A stretch of 64,000 bases of DNA from an uncultured Verrucomicrobiota bacterium (GCA_903922605.1 CAIXUG010000072.1:73432-137431), one strand, 5' to 3'; positions 37,807-48,145 are shown, numbered from the stretch's first letter. Made by a program: numbers and translations. Notes: generated from the sequence alone by a model not told the origin.

Positions 37807-39099
37807 TTACAACCGCCAGCCCTTGCGGTACTGGTAGTGGATGAACTCGTCGGCCTCGGGCGCACCGACCGCTTTCATCTTCGCGGCATTCCAGACGATC
37901 TCCTTCCCGGTGCGGTGGGCGACGTTTCCGAGCAGGACGCTTTCCGTGAGCGGCCCGGAATAGTCGAAGTTACAAAGCGTCTTGCCCCCATGCTTGCAGG
38001 CCTCGGTCCATTCCTTGTGGTGGCCGATGGAATCGGGGATTGATTTGGCCGGCCGCTGGTAACTGGCGAAATCCGCCTCGGGCAGCAGCGCCAGCTTGTC
38101 GTAATCGGCCAGCAGCATTCCCTTGCTGCCGACGAAGAGCGTGCCGTTGCCCCATTTGGGCAGCTTGCCCTCGGCAAACTGCGGCGGGCGCTTGTCACCG
38201 TGATACCAGCGGAGCTTCACCGGCGGTTGCGCGGCGCGCGCGGGGTAATCGTACTCGACGATCAGCCAGGTGGGCGGGCATTCGGGGTCCGGTTTGGGGC
38301 CGTCCACCACGCGGACGCGCTCGGGAGTGCGCAGGCCGAGCGCCCAGTGCGACAGGTCGAAGTGGTGGCAGCCGAGATCCGCCAAGGTCCCGCCGCCGAA
38401 GGCCCAGTAGTTGCGCCATTTGAACGGCAGGTAATCAGGATGATACGGCCGCGCCGCGACCGGTCCGAGCCACAGATCGTATTCGAGCGTGGAAGGCACA
38501 GGCGGCGTCTCGGTGGGGCGCTTCAGGCCGCCGAAGCCACCGCCCACCCAGACGTGGACCTCGCGGATTTCGCCAATCGCGCCGGCCTGGACCAGTTCGA
38601 CCACCCGGCGGTAATTGGCCCCGCCATGGATCTGCGTGCCGATCTGCGTGACCAGCTTCTTCTCGCGCGCCAGTTCCGTCACGAAACGTGCCTCGGCAAT
38701 CGTGCGGGCGAGCGGCTTCTCGCAATAGAGATGGCGTCCGGAGTGCAGCGCCGCCGCACTGATGACCGCGTGGGTGTGATCGGGGGTGCCAACCACCACG
38801 GCGTCGATGCCCTTGAGGTCGAGCACCCGGCGGTAGTCGCGGAACTTCTGTGCGCCCGTGTGGGTTCCGGCCGCCTTGTTCAGGAAGATTTCATCCACAT
38901 CGCACAGCGCGACAATGTTCTCGTGGGAAACGTTGTTGAGATCGTACAGCGCCTGGTTGGCGGTGCCGATCATGGCGATGTTCAGCTTCTCGTTCGGCGA
39001 GACAGCCCAGGCCGGGCCGGCGTAGCTGAGCAGTTTCGTGGCGACGGCCGCCTGGGCGGTGCGCGTGAGGAAGCGGCGACGGGAGAGCGGGGAATTCAT
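37807..39099 (-). CDS. Gfo/Idh/MocA-family oxidoreductase with twin-arginine signal
   Basis: MNSPLSRRRFLTRTAQAAVA (TAT motif). Rossmann region LNIAMIGTANQA. EKPLA motif CEKPLARTI. ATG at 39099; the ORF track extends to 39288. Confidence 0.85.
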   Translation of the reverse strand: MNSPLSRRRFLTRTAQAAVATKLLSYAGPAWAVSPNEKLNIAMIGTANQALYDLNNVSHENIVALCDVDEIFLNKAAGTHTGAQKFRDYRRVLDLKGIDAVVVGTPDHTHAVISAAALHSGRHLYCEKPLARTIAEARFVTELAREKKLVTQIGTQIHGGANYRRVVELVQAGAIGEIREVHVWVGGGFGGLKRPTETPPVPSTLEYDLWLGPVAARPYHPDYLPFKWRNYWAFGGGTLADLGCHHFDLSHWALGLRTPERVRVVDGPKPDPECPPTWLIVEYDYPARAAQPPVKLRWYHGDKRPPQFAEGKLPKWGNGTLFVGSKGMLLADYDKLALLPEADFASYQRPAKSIPDSIGHHKEWTEACKHGGKTLCNFDYSGPLTESVLLGNVAHRTGKEIVWNAAKMKAVGAPEADEFIHYQYRKGWRL

Positions 39100-39217
39100 G
39101 ACCGTAGTGGCGACGAGGCTAGCACCGGTCAAATTCAGGGAACAACATCCGGCACCGGTTCGGGCCAGATATTTTAGGGTAGGCTCTGAACCACGGATTT
39201 CACGGAGGGCACGGATA

Positions 39218-39298
39218 AGAGGCTCTATCTTTCTGTCTTCAACCAGGGCGCAGCGTGTTTCACCCAAGCCCAGATTGAGCCTCGTCACCTCGTCTCCT
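39218..39298. repeat. About 80-bp intergenic repeat, copy 1
   Basis: 66/80 identity with 39368-39448 at an exact 150-bp offset. Confidence 0.6.
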
Positions 39299-39367
39299 AC
39301 AATTCCGACGAGTGGTCACCGTGCGTGAGGGGAGAACTGCCGAGCGCGCTGGTGGGAGTCGACGTGA

Positions 39368-39448
39368 GAAGGCTCCATCTTTCCGGCTTCGCCCCGGACG
39401 CAGCCTGCGTCACCCAAACCCAGAATGAGCCTCGTCACCTCGTCGCCT
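39368..39448. repeat. About 80-bp intergenic repeat, copy 2 (abuts the SNF2 gene stop codon)
   Basis: See copy 1. It ends at the TAG stop (39447-39449) of the helicase gene. Confidence 0.6.
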
Positions 39449-42400
39449 AATCCGCCAGGAGGAAGCGCAAGTCGTCGAGCGACAGGCTCTGGGCGAACTT
39501 CTCCTCGCCGAGCACGTCCAGAGCGAGTGCGGATTTCGTGCGTTGCAGCGCGCGGATCTTTCCCTCGACCGAATCTTTGATGAGCAGCCGGTACGCGATG
39601 ACCTTCTGCGTCTGGCCGATGCGGTGCGTGCGGTCGATCGCCTGCGCCTCGACCGCGGGATTCCACCAGGGATCGAAGAGCACGACGTAGCTGGCCGCCG
39701 TGAGGTTCAGGCCGAAGCCGCCCGCCTTGAGCGAGATGAGAAACACGCCGGCCCCGTCGTGGCCCTGGAACTGCCGGACCAGATCACCGCGATTTTCGGT
39801 GCCGCCGGAGAGGAAGAACTGCGTCCAGCCGCGCTCGGCGATGGCGGCTTTGAGCAGCTCCAGCATTTCCACGAACTGCGAGAAGACGAGCACCTTGTTG
39901 CCCTCTTCCATCAGGGGCTCGAGGGTTTCCATCAGGGCCTCCAGCTTCGCGCTTTCCCCCTTGGAGTCGGGTTTGGCCAGCTTGGGATGGCAGCAGATCT
40001 GGCGGAGCCGCAGCAGCGAGGTGAGGAAGTTGAAGCGGTGCCGGTTCAGTGCCGCCGGGGTGTTCACGCGCAGGAGCATCGCCTGGGCGCGCTTCAGTTC
40101 CGCGCGATACAGGGTCTTCTGCTCGCCTTCGAGTTCGCAGAAGAGATCCTCCTCGATGCGGTCGGGCAGGTCCTTGGCCACCTGGGTCTTGGTGCGGCGG
40201 AGCAGGAACGGGCGCACGCGCGCGGCGAGGCGCTGGCGGGCGAGCGGGTCGTTCTTGGAATCGAAAACCTTCGCGAACTCGTTACGGCCGCCGAGGGCGC
40301 CCGGCATCGCGAAACTCATCAGGCTCCACAGGTCGAGCAGCTTGTTCTCGATGGGGGTGCCCGAGAGCACCAGGCGATGTTCGGCGCGCAGGCTGCGGGT
40401 GACCTGGGCGGTGATGCTCGCGGGGTTCTTGATGTATTGACCCTCATCCAGCACCACCGCGAGGAAGTTCATCCGGGCCAGCCTTTCGCCGACGATGCGG
40501 AGCTGGTTGTAGTTGATGACATGCAGGTCGGCCGAGCCGGCGAGCGCGGGCAGGTTCTCAATAGATTCGCTGCTCCAGACTCGCACGCGGAGATCAGGGA
40601 GGAACCGTTCGACTTCGGCCCGCCAGTTGTCGGTGACCGACTTGGGACAGATCACCAGAAACGGAGCCGGTCCCGCCGCCGCGCCGGAGGGTAGGACTTC
40701 GGCCTCCTCGACGGTTTTCTTTCCGCGTTTGGCCTTTTTTGCCGGAACGATACTTTCAGTGGCGATTGCGGAAGATGGGGAGGTGGAACTGGCGGCCAGC
40801 GCGGAAGTGCCCACAGGCAGGCCGAGTGGCCCGGTCATCGCCTCCGCTTTCAACCAGGCCAGCCAGGCGAGCGTCTGCAACGTCTTACCGAGGCCCATGT
40901 CGTCGGCGAGGATGCCGCCAAAGTGGTTGGCGGAGAGGTAGCAGAGGAAATGAAAGCCTTCGAGCTGATAGGGGCGGAGTTCGGCCTTCAGCGTGGTCGG
41001 CAGGTCCGGCGTGACCCGCGCGCGGATTTCCGCCACCCGTCGCTGGATGCGGGCAAAGGTCTCCTCGCCGATAAATGACTTGGCCGCCGCGTCGGCGAGC
41101 TGCAGTGCGTGGAGGCGTTGCGGTTCGCTGGTCAGCTCATGCGGGCTGAGGCCCAGCTTGGCCAGCTGCGCGTCCTCCTCGGCGCTCAGCTTGAACTCCA
41201 GCTTGCGCCAGCCCTTGCTGCCGAGGCGCACCCATTTGCCCCGCGCATCGAGCAGCGCCTTGATCTCCTCCTGGGTGAGCTGCGTGTCGCTGACGTCGAG
41301 GATGACCCGGAGGTCGAACCAGTCCATGCCCGCCTCGGCCACATCGAGGCGCACCTGGCCGGCGACGGTGGCATTCTGGAACGAGGCCAGTTCGCCGTGC
41401 AGCTCCAGGGCGATATGGGGCGGCAGGCTGGTGAGCCAGCCCATGAACTGGTCGGGGAACCTGGCCGTGACCCGCAGCAGCCAGCGCTGGCGGGCGAAAT
41501 CCCATTTGAAACCCGACGGCTCCAGCAGCCGCGGAAGCTCGCCCAACGCCGAACGGTCATACGTCACGAGCGGGTCAGTGCTGCGGACAGTCTCAGCGAT
41601 GGATGATTCCGGTACGGCCGTCGCGGCGGTGGCGGGCCGTTGGTTGTCACCGTCCCTGATTTCACTCCACGCGCTGCCGTTCCAACGTTCTCCGTGGCCG
41701 CTGCCGGGGGCGGAAGCGGTGACATCCAGCACCACGTATTCCGTCTCGCTGCCGAACGAGATGGTGCGCAGTTCGGCCTGCAGGCGCGCCTGCAACGGCA
41801 CGATCCGTACCCGCTCGGCCAGGCGTGGAGGCAGGGGCACGGACAGATGCTGGAGGAAGCGCACACCGGTCGCGGTTTCCAAGGCCGGGGCGGGAATCGG
41901 CGTTTCCACCATCGGGTCCAGGGCACGGTCTTCCACGGGCGGGCCGGAGAAGATCGCGGTGGTGGTCACATACAGCGTGGGGCGGCCCGGGAGGGTGAAC
42001 AGGAACCGGGGTACCGGGGAACCGTCGCCCTGACGCAGCCGCAGATGGTAATCGTCGTCCTCATCGGCGGCGGAGCTGAGTTCCCAGCGCAGGGGTGTCT
42101 CGGGACGCCGCAGGGGTTCGCCATCCTCGCCTACGATGAACGAGCGCAGGGCCGGCAGCCGCAGGAAGCGGTTCAGCATCCGGCGCGTCTGCGCATCGTG
42201 CCAGACCAGGTTGATCGCATGGCCGTAGCGCGCCCGCTGGGCGAGCGGCTGCCAGAGCAGGGCGACTTCCGGGGTGAGCTGGTCGGCGTTCTTCTCGTCA
42301 AAATCCTTGAAGCGACCCGGCTTGATGGGGCTCCAGTCCAGGGCACCGGGCTTGCGGTATTCAATCAGCCCTTCCTGTTCGGTCAGCCGGAGGCGCAGTT

Positions 42401-43196
42401 CCACCTCTTCGCCAGTTCCAGAATCTTCGCCGTGCCCGAGCTGCAGGTTGTTCAGCAGGCTGCGCCAGCGATCGACATTGCGCCGTCGCCGCCATTCCGC
42501 GACCAGCCGGGTCACCTCGCCCAGATCGGTGATTGGGCGCAGAAATTCGGGCCAGGCGAGGCCCCGCTCCTCGACCGCCAGCGCGACGTAGAGCCAGTAC
42601 TCATGCTCATCCTTCGGGGTGGCCGGCCAGGCCTCCAGTTTCTCCCAGGAATTCGGGCCGGTGAACTTGAAGCCGAATCCCAGCAGGTCGTCGCCGGTGA
42701 GGAAGGGACGATCGCGCAGTTTCGCAAAGCGTTCCTCGATCTTGCGGACAAACTCGGCCTCGGGCCGTGAGAGTTCGCGGCCCAGGGTTTCAGCGGCCTT
42801 GCAGGCGAGCAGGCCGGGGGCGGCGGGGGTGGGCACCCGTTTGGCCACCCGGCCGCCGGCGCTCAGGTTCCGCACGCTGGCGGCACTGTGCTCGGCGAGC
42901 AGCGCCTTCATCGCCGCATAGGCGTGTTCGCAACCGCCGCCGACGGGGCAGGTGCATTCTTCCCACCACGACTTGGATTCCGGATCGTAGCGCAGGCCGG
43001 TCTGCAGAAGGGTCTCGCCCTGAACGTCCGCGACAAACTCCCCACCGGGGGCGATGCAGCGCAGCTCGCGGACCGCCTCGGCGGCAAACAGCTCGTCCCC
43101 ACGGCGACGGACGTCCGTGGGGAATTCCTTCAGGAAAAGCTGGGCGGCATCGGCGTTGAACTGCGCGAAGTCGGCGGGTTCCATGTAGCCGGTCAA
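39447..43196 (-). CDS. SNF2-family helicase with N-terminal SWIM zinc finger
   Basis: SWIM motif CTCPVGGGCEHAYAAMKAL. SNF2_N motifs DDMGLGKTLQTLAWL and DEGQYIKN. Helicase C motif GGFGLNLTAASYVVLFDPWWNPAVEAQAIDRTHRIGQ. Confidence 0.9.
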   Translation of the reverse strand: MTGYMEPADFAQFNADAAQLFLKEFPTDVRRRGDELFAAEAVRELRCIAPGGEFVADVQGETLLQTGLRYDPESKSWWEECTCPVGGGCEHAYAAMKALLAEHSAASVRNLSAGGRVAKRVPTPAAPGLLACKAAETLGRELSRPEAEFVRKIEERFAKLRDRPFLTGDDLLGFGFKFTGPNSWEKLEAWPATPKDEHEYWLYVALAVEERGLAWPEFLRPITDLGEVTRLVAEWRRRRNVDRWRSLLNNLQLGHGEDSGTGEEVELRLRLTEQEGLIEYRKPGALDWSPIKPGRFKDFDEKNADQLTPEVALLWQPLAQRARYGHAINLVWHDAQTRRMLNRFLRLPALRSFIVGEDGEPLRRPETPLRWELSSAADEDDDYHLRLRQGDGSPVPRFLFTLPGRPTLYVTTTAIFSGPPVEDRALDPMVETPIPAPALETATGVRFLQHLSVPLPPRLAERVRIVPLQARLQAELRTISFGSETEYVVLDVTASAPGSGHGERWNGSAWSEIRDGDNQRPATAATAVPESSIAETVRSTDPLVTYDRSALGELPRLLEPSGFKWDFARQRWLLRVTARFPDQFMGWLTSLPPHIALELHGELASFQNATVAGQVRLDVAEAGMDWFDLRVILDVSDTQLTQEEIKALLDARGKWVRLGSKGWRKLEFKLSAEEDAQLAKLGLSPHELTSEPQRLHALQLADAAAKSFIGEETFARIQRRVAEIRARVTPDLPTTLKAELRPYQLEGFHFLCYLSANHFGGILADDMGLGKTLQTLAWLAWLKAEAMTGPLGLPVGTSALAASSTSPSSAIATESIVPAKKAKRGKKTVEEAEVLPSGAAAGPAPFLVICPKSVTDNWRAEVERFLPDLRVRVWSSESIENLPALAGSADLHVINYNQLRIVGERLARMNFLAVVLDEGQYIKNPASITAQVTRSLRAEHRLVLSGTPIENKLLDLWSLMSFAMPGALGGRNEFAKVFDSKNDPLARQRLAARVRPFLLRRTKTQVAKDLPDRIEEDLFCELEGEQKTLYRAELKRAQAMLLRVNTPAALNRHRFNFLTSLLRLRQICCHPKLAKPDSKGESAKLEALMETLEPLMEEGNKVLVFSQFVEMLELLKAAIAERGWTQFFLSGGTENRGDLVRQFQGHDGAGVFLISLKAGGFGLNLTAASYVVLFDPWWNPAVEAQAIDRTHRIGQTQKVIAYRLLIKDSVEGKIRALQRTKSALALDVLGEEKFAQSLSLDDLRFLLAD

Positions 43197-43288
43197 CCTA
43201 ACACATCAACGCGGCAGGACAAGGGTTGTCGCAATTGGTCGGGAGATCCAACCGTGCCAACTCCGGTCCGGCCGGACAGGATCCGGAA

Positions 43289-44542
43289 TCAGGGAGTCTG
43301 CAGGCGGTAAAAGGCCTGGTTTCCGGAAAGCGGTACCGTTATCTGGTACTCCAGATTGGTTGGGTTGAGCACTGGCGGGTTCGTCACCGATCCCCAATCC
43401 GAGGTGCCGGGCCCGGTGGATTGCTGTAGCGTGAGATGCTCCGAAGGCAGGGGCCAGGAAAGCACCAGGGCCAGGTCACCGGCCGGAGTGAGCCGGAGAG
43501 AAGGAGCTGCCGCCGCGTGCAGCACGTAGAGCGGACCGGAAATGGTTGTGTTGGCGTTCTGCTTCGAACTGTACATGGCGGCGGGCAGTTTGCTGCCGTC
43601 GGCCGACGAGGCCACGGCTTGCCAAAGCCCATCGGGCAGGTTGGCTTTCTGCCAGCTCAACCCCGAGTCCGAAGACGTATAAACCACGTCAATAAGGGGC
43701 GCGGCAACCATCCTGCTGCCGTCGGACGAGCATGCGACTGACGGCCAGTACCGGTACCGGGGCAGGCTGGTGACGGTCCAAGTAAGACCGGCATCTGCCG
43801 AGACGTAAACCCCGGTGTCGGAAGTGGCGGCCACCAACCGGGTACCGTCCGCCGACGAGGCGATGGAAGTCCATGAGTCGTACCGGGCGCTGGTCTTGGT
43901 CCAAGTGATGCCGGAATCCTGCGAGGTGTAGATGTTTCCGGCGGCGGCCGCGACCGCCAGACGGGTGCCATCGGCAGAGGAGGCCACGCAAAATCCGTTG
44001 CCGGATGGCCAGAGTCCCTTTCCATCCGGTGCATTTGGATAGGCCCAATTGAGGCCTGAATTGGTGGAAACCATGATCCGGCTCACGAATCTGGAGCCGG
44101 CCGAAGCCACCAATGTTGTGCCGTCGGCGGAAGAGGCGACCGAGCATTGGTCACTCGCCGCCAGCAGGCTGGTCCAAGTGGCGCCCGAATCATGGGAGGC
44201 AAAGATGCCGCCCGGGTTCAAGCTGCCACTCGCGGCGGTCCCGGCGACCAGTTTCGTTCCATCGGCTGATGAGGCCAGGGACAACCAACCCTTCGCAGGG
44301 GCGCCGCTGGGAGACCAGGTGGCGCCCGCGTCGGTGGAAAGGTAGATCTTGTCGGCACCAACAGCGGCCAGCCGGTTTCCATCGGCCGAGGAGGCGATCG
44401 CCCACCAGTTCGTGCTCGGGGCGCTGGTCAGGATCCAGTCCTGGGCCCGGAGGACAGGCTCCATCAGCAGGAAGCCGCCGAGGGCGACGGCCCCGAGGAG
44501 CAGTATTCTGATCCTTATGACCAGGGAACTATAATAGGGCAT
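43289..44542 (-). CDS. Secreted BNR/Asp-box repeat beta-propeller protein
   Basis: Six S-x-D-x-G-x-T-W boxes: STDAGATWS, SHDSGATWT, STNSGLNWA, SQDSGITWT, SADAGLTWT and SSDSGLSWQ. N-terminal anchor. Confidence 0.8.
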   Translation of the reverse strand: MPYYSSLVIRIRILLLGAVALGGFLLMEPVLRAQDWILTSAPSTNWWAIASSADGNRLAAVGADKIYLSTDAGATWSPSGAPAKGWLSLASSADGTKLVAGTAASGSLNPGGIFASHDSGATWTSLLAASDQCSVASSADGTTLVASAGSRFVSRIMVSTNSGLNWAYPNAPDGKGLWPSGNGFCVASSADGTRLAVAAAAGNIYTSQDSGITWTKTSARYDSWTSIASSADGTRLVAATSDTGVYVSADAGLTWTVTSLPRYRYWPSVACSSDGSRMVAAPLIDVVYTSSDSGLSWQKANLPDGLWQAVASSADGSKLPAAMYSSKQNANTTISGPLYVLHAAAAPSLRLTPAGDLALVLSWPLPSEHLTLQQSTGPGTSDWGSVTNPPVLNPTNLEYQITVPLSGNQAFYRLQTP

Positions 44543-45122
44543 GATGGTAGCGCATCGGGGTTGATCTGAGGGGGAAAGTCACAAATGTAAATAAGCAGTT
44601 GCAATGCCAGCCCGATCACGCCCGTAATCGGCCTGCTGCCCAGCCTTCCTTACCCATAAAACTCCAGAGAAAGCCTGATTTCTCAATGGCTTACGATAGG
44701 ACTCTTCCGGCACCCCCTCGAGGACATGGGCGGTGTCCGGGGGTGGTTGCCCTTCGGCTAAATTCCGGTCCGCCTCGGGCGCGAAGCTGAGCCTGGCCGC
44801 TCTTCGCAAATTTTCGCAGTCCTTCAGACAGTTCGCCTCCGGAGCGCATTTGTCCGGCCCGGGGGGCGGTGAAGCCCACGTGCAAAGACAGGCGTCCGAG
44901 GGCGGGAGGCTGTTGAGAATCGCCGGATGCCCTGCGGGAGCGACGGGCGGGCGGCCCACAAATTGGGCGTAACCGCTGGGGGCTCGCAGGCGTCGCCTGC
45001 TGGTGACGGTCGGCGGCAGCCCCTCATCGGTATGCCTACGGCTTTGACAGCGGCCGGTCCATGACTGAATCTGTTGGCATGGGTCTGCGTCTGAGCGTGT
45101 GATGGTGAAAAGTGGTCAATTT

Positions 45123-45827
45123 ATGAAAACTATTGCGGTAAAGGTGGTTACGCTGGTTTCTTTGACCGGCATCCTGGCCGGTTGTGTCGACCGGTATGGC
45201 CGGCAGGACAATACGGGGAGCGGAGCTTTGATCGGCGGCGCCTCGGGTGCGGCCATCGGGGCGATCGCGGATCGTCGAAATCCGGGCGCCGGTGCGCTCA
45301 TCGGTGGCGTGGCCGGTTTGATCACGGGTGGCCTGATCGGCCACAGCGTGGACGAGGAACGTCGGCCACCACCGCCGGTCTATGTGGCAACACCACCCCC
45401 ACCGGCACCGGTGGCGACGCCCCCGCCCGTCAGCGTTACTGACGTCGAAAACCTCAGCCACTCGGGCGTGAGCGACAATGACATCATCAACCAGATCAAC
45501 AGCACACATGCGGTGTTCCATCTGGATGCGGAAACCATTATCGGCCTCAAGAACTCCGGGGTGAGCCAGAATGTGATCGCCTACATGCTCGGCACGGCCA
45601 ACGCCGTCGCCACGCAGGCACCGCCCCCTGCTCCTACGGAGACGGTGGAGGTCGCCCCCGGGCCCGATTATGTCTATGAACGCGGCGAATGGGTTTGGAA
45701 CGGCGTGGCCTGGGTCTGGGTCGGCGGCCGTTGGGTGGTGCCACCCTATCGTCATGCGGTCTGGGTAGAGGCACATTGGGTTGCCGGCCGGCATGGTTGG
45801 TACCGTGTGCCAGGGCATTGGCTGTGA
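45123..45827 (+). CDS. Lipoprotein with glycine-zipper segment and Trp-rich C-terminal repeats
   Basis: Lipobox LTGILAGC. GALIGGASGAAIGAI...GALIGGVAGLITGGLIG. C-terminal WVWNGVAWVWVGGRWV. Confidence 0.75.
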   Translation: MKTIAVKVVTLVSLTGILAGCVDRYGRQDNTGSGALIGGASGAAIGAIADRRNPGAGALIGGVAGLITGGLIGHSVDEERRPPPPVYVATPPPPAPVATPPPVSVTDVENLSHSGVSDNDIINQINSTHAVFHLDAETIIGLKNSGVSQNVIAYMLGTANAVATQAPPPAPTETVEVAPGPDYVYERGEWVWNGVAWVWVGGRWVVPPYRHAVWVEAHWVAGRHGWYRVPGHWL

Positions 45828-46137
45828 TCTTAGGGAGATGCACCGGGCCGGAGGGCCGGCCGGTCACGCTGCTCGCAGAAGGCTGTCAGCCATGGTGATA
45901 CAAACGTGGTTTTTTTCGCCTTAGGAAGTAAGAATCATTTGACGTGGGGCGTCCACGTTTACAAAGTAAAACTGTGCCTGCGACGTCGGAAGAGATTCCG
46001 GGGGTTCTTGGCACCGCCGCTCCGAAATTAGCCGGTTAGCTAAAATGCACCGGAGCGGCGAAGTTTTTCCTGGAGCTCCCGAGCCATCGTGTAACCACCA
46101 AGGACGCATTAGCGTCTGCGCAAAAAAAGTCACCGGA

Positions 46138-46434
46138 ATGTCCCTGAAAATTGCCATCGAAAGCATTCTCAAACACCGTGAACCCGTGCCGTTTTCGCAT
46201 GTCCGGGCGGTGGGCGGCACCACGGTGGGTGGGGGACGTTGGCTGCTGCTGGAAGGTCAGGCGATCACGGCGATTGAAAATCAGCGGAGCACCTTCTTCG
46301 TCCGTAAGGACGGGCGGGAAGTGGCCGTGGTCGTGGGCACCTCACCCACGGGCATCAAGTATCTCACGACGGCGGTGGATGGCGAAATCCCGGAAGCGCT
46401 GCTGGGCTTGCCGGACCATTATGCCAGGCGTTGA
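46138..46434 (+). CDS. Small DUF3892-like protein
   Basis: 98 aa. The pattern ...WLLLEGQAITAIENQRSTFFVRKDGREVAVVV...KYLTTAVDGEIPEALLGLP resembles DUF3892 from memory, so confidence is low. Confidence 0.55.
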   Translation: MSLKIAIESILKHREPVPFSHVRAVGGTTVGGGRWLLLEGQAITAIENQRSTFFVRKDGREVAVVVGTSPTGIKYLTTAVDGEIPEALLGLPDHYARR

Positions 46435-46543
46435 GCCGGCCAATCGGTGCCCAGCCTAAACAAGGCACCCTCCGTACGGGCGAGCTTGTGAACAATTCAG
46501 GCTTGCCGACTGACCGTACGCTTATATCAATGCGTCCGAGCAC

Positions 46544-46915
46544 ATGTCCCCCAAGCAGGAAAAAGCCGTCGTTGACTGGGAATCGTTCCGGTTCGCCGCG
46601 CTTTTGTGCGCCCTTGGGATCGGCCTGCTGCTGGTGGTCTTTCTGACACCGGATGCCACCAACCGCAATTTTCGCGCGCTGCTGAGCGTGGCGCGCGCCT
46701 CCCCCTGGCGGCATTGGGGTGATTGGCCGGCTGCCTGGTGCAGCTTCAAAATCATCCTGCTCAGCCTGGCCGGATTTCTCATTCTGTTCCCCCATGCGAT
46801 GGTGTTGCGCCTGCAACAGCGGCACACGCTGTCCAACCTGATCATGGCGGCCACGCCCTTCCTGTTTCCGGTCTACCTGGTCGGGGTTTACTGTCTCATC
46901 AAGTCGCTCCTCTGA
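46544..46915 (+). CDS. Hypothetical small membrane protein
   Basis: 123 aa with three hydrophobic helices (FAALLCALGIGLLLVVFL etc.). Confidence 0.5.
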   Translation: MSPKQEKAVVDWESFRFAALLCALGIGLLLVVFLTPDATNRNFRALLSVARASPWRHWGDWPAAWCSFKIILLSLAGFLILFPHAMVLRLQQRHTLSNLIMAATPFLFPVYLVGVYCLIKSLL

Positions 46916-46953
46916 AGGGTTTTCGCCGCGCCGGCGAAACCTCCCGCAGCCCA

Positions 46954-47904
46954 TCAGGCGGACGGGGTGAGCAGGTTTTCGAGCAATGCGTGCGCCGTCC
47001 GGCGCACCTGTTCCGAGCGGGCTTCGAGGCGCTGGTAGAGCTCGCTCCAGCCGGGATGCGCCTGATTCCGTTCCCGCCAGAGCGTCTTGAGCACGCGCTC
47101 GGTGCGTTCGACCTGCTGGATGGCCGAGGCGAGCGATTCGCGGCCCTCGGGCAGATCGGAAACCTGCCCGACGAAGAAGCGGCTGATGCGCCGGTCGTCG
47201 AACACCGCGTGCAGCAGCGTCACCACGGTCTGCTCGTAGGCATACCAGCGGCGGCGTAGCATCTGGCCGAGGAATTCGTGGCCGAGGGCAAAGAATTCTG
47301 AGCGCGGCCGCTCGGTGTATTCGCGGATTTCCTGAGCTTCCGCCGGGAACCAGTTGTAGAGCAGGGCAAAGGTTCCGTAAGTCTCGATGAGCTGCTTGGA
47401 ATGCCCGTGGCCGGTCTCAATCTCACCGATGCAGACGTCCTGGCCGAGTTCGAGGATGATTTCCGGCAGGTCGGCCAGCCGCGAGAGCACTTCACGGCCG
47501 GCGGGGGTGCCGTAGTTGAAGTCGCCCGGGATGAGCCAATAGACGTCACCGGGCTGGCCGCGCTCGTAGGCGAGACCGAGGCCGGAATACCACATCTGGC
47601 AGGTATCGACGCACCAGGCATCCACGAGGTCGGAACCGGTGGCCACCGTCTGCTCACGAAAACGGTGAAACCGGGCGTCGTCGGCCATCGCGTAATGGGT
47701 CTTCCGATCCATCACCGTGAGCGGGCGGGCGTAAGCGGTGGGCCGTCCGGCGAGTTGCGCCACCAGCCGGTACAACTCCTCCAGATCGGCGTAATCGTCG
47801 GGCTGGCGGTACGGGTAGATGACGACGGGATGGATACGGCCCTTGCGGGCGGCAGTGGACTTACCACCGACACGGCGGGCCGTGCGGGCTGTGGTCTTGG
47901 CCAT
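46954..47904 (-). CDS. Hypothetical protein (no recognised domain)
   Basis: Long ORF with non-repetitive, balanced composition. ATG at 47904 (MAKTTARTARR); the ORF track TTG start is at 48021. Confidence 0.6.
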   Translation of the reverse strand: MAKTTARTARRVGGKSTAARKGRIHPVVIYPYRQPDDYADLEELYRLVAQLAGRPTAYARPLTVMDRKTHYAMADDARFHRFREQTVATGSDLVDAWCVDTCQMWYSGLGLAYERGQPGDVYWLIPGDFNYGTPAGREVLSRLADLPEIILELGQDVCIGEIETGHGHSKQLIETYGTFALLYNWFPAEAQEIREYTERPRSEFFALGHEFLGQMLRRRWYAYEQTVVTLLHAVFDDRRISRFFVGQVSDLPEGRESLASAIQQVERTERVLKTLWRERNQAHPGWSELYQRLEARSEQVRRTAHALLENLLTPSA

Positions 47905-48070
47905 AGGCTTTCGGATCTGGGATTGGGCGCAGCATGCCCAACCCGCAGCGGACAACAACCCGGAAATTGCTGAGGGGCTCAACGGGGCGCGTCTTTTCAC
48001 CGTGATTAGCTCCGCCAGCAAACCTTCTCAGGCCTGGCGAGAGCTGGCGCTGGCGGCCGAGAGAAAACCC

Positions 48071-48145
48071 GGTGGGGCGAGCGTCCGCGCGAGCCACGGC
48101 CGCCTCGGTCTGGGGCGACCCGGCTCGCGGGGACGCTCGCCCACC
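48071..48145. repeat. Long imperfect palindrome (REP-like)
   Basis: GGTGGGGCGAGCGTCCGCGCGAGCC (48071-48095) pairs 23/25 with 48122-48145. The loop is 26 nt. Confidence 0.55.

Noticed and set aside
39100-39288. 63-codon N-terminal extension of the Gfo/Idh/MocA ORF (start 39288).
   Set aside because: The extension reads through intergenic repeat copy 1. The twin-arginine signal begins at the ATG at 39099.
44543-45122. Searched the long intergenic region for RNase P RNA, tmRNA, SRP RNA and tRNA signature words (GAGGAAAGUCCGGGC, GGUUCGAAUCC-type T-arms, tag-ORF plus CCA end).
   Set aside because: None of these signatures was found on either strand. I also spotted no tRNA-like T-arm in the other intergenic gaps, but a covariance-model scan would be needed to be sure.
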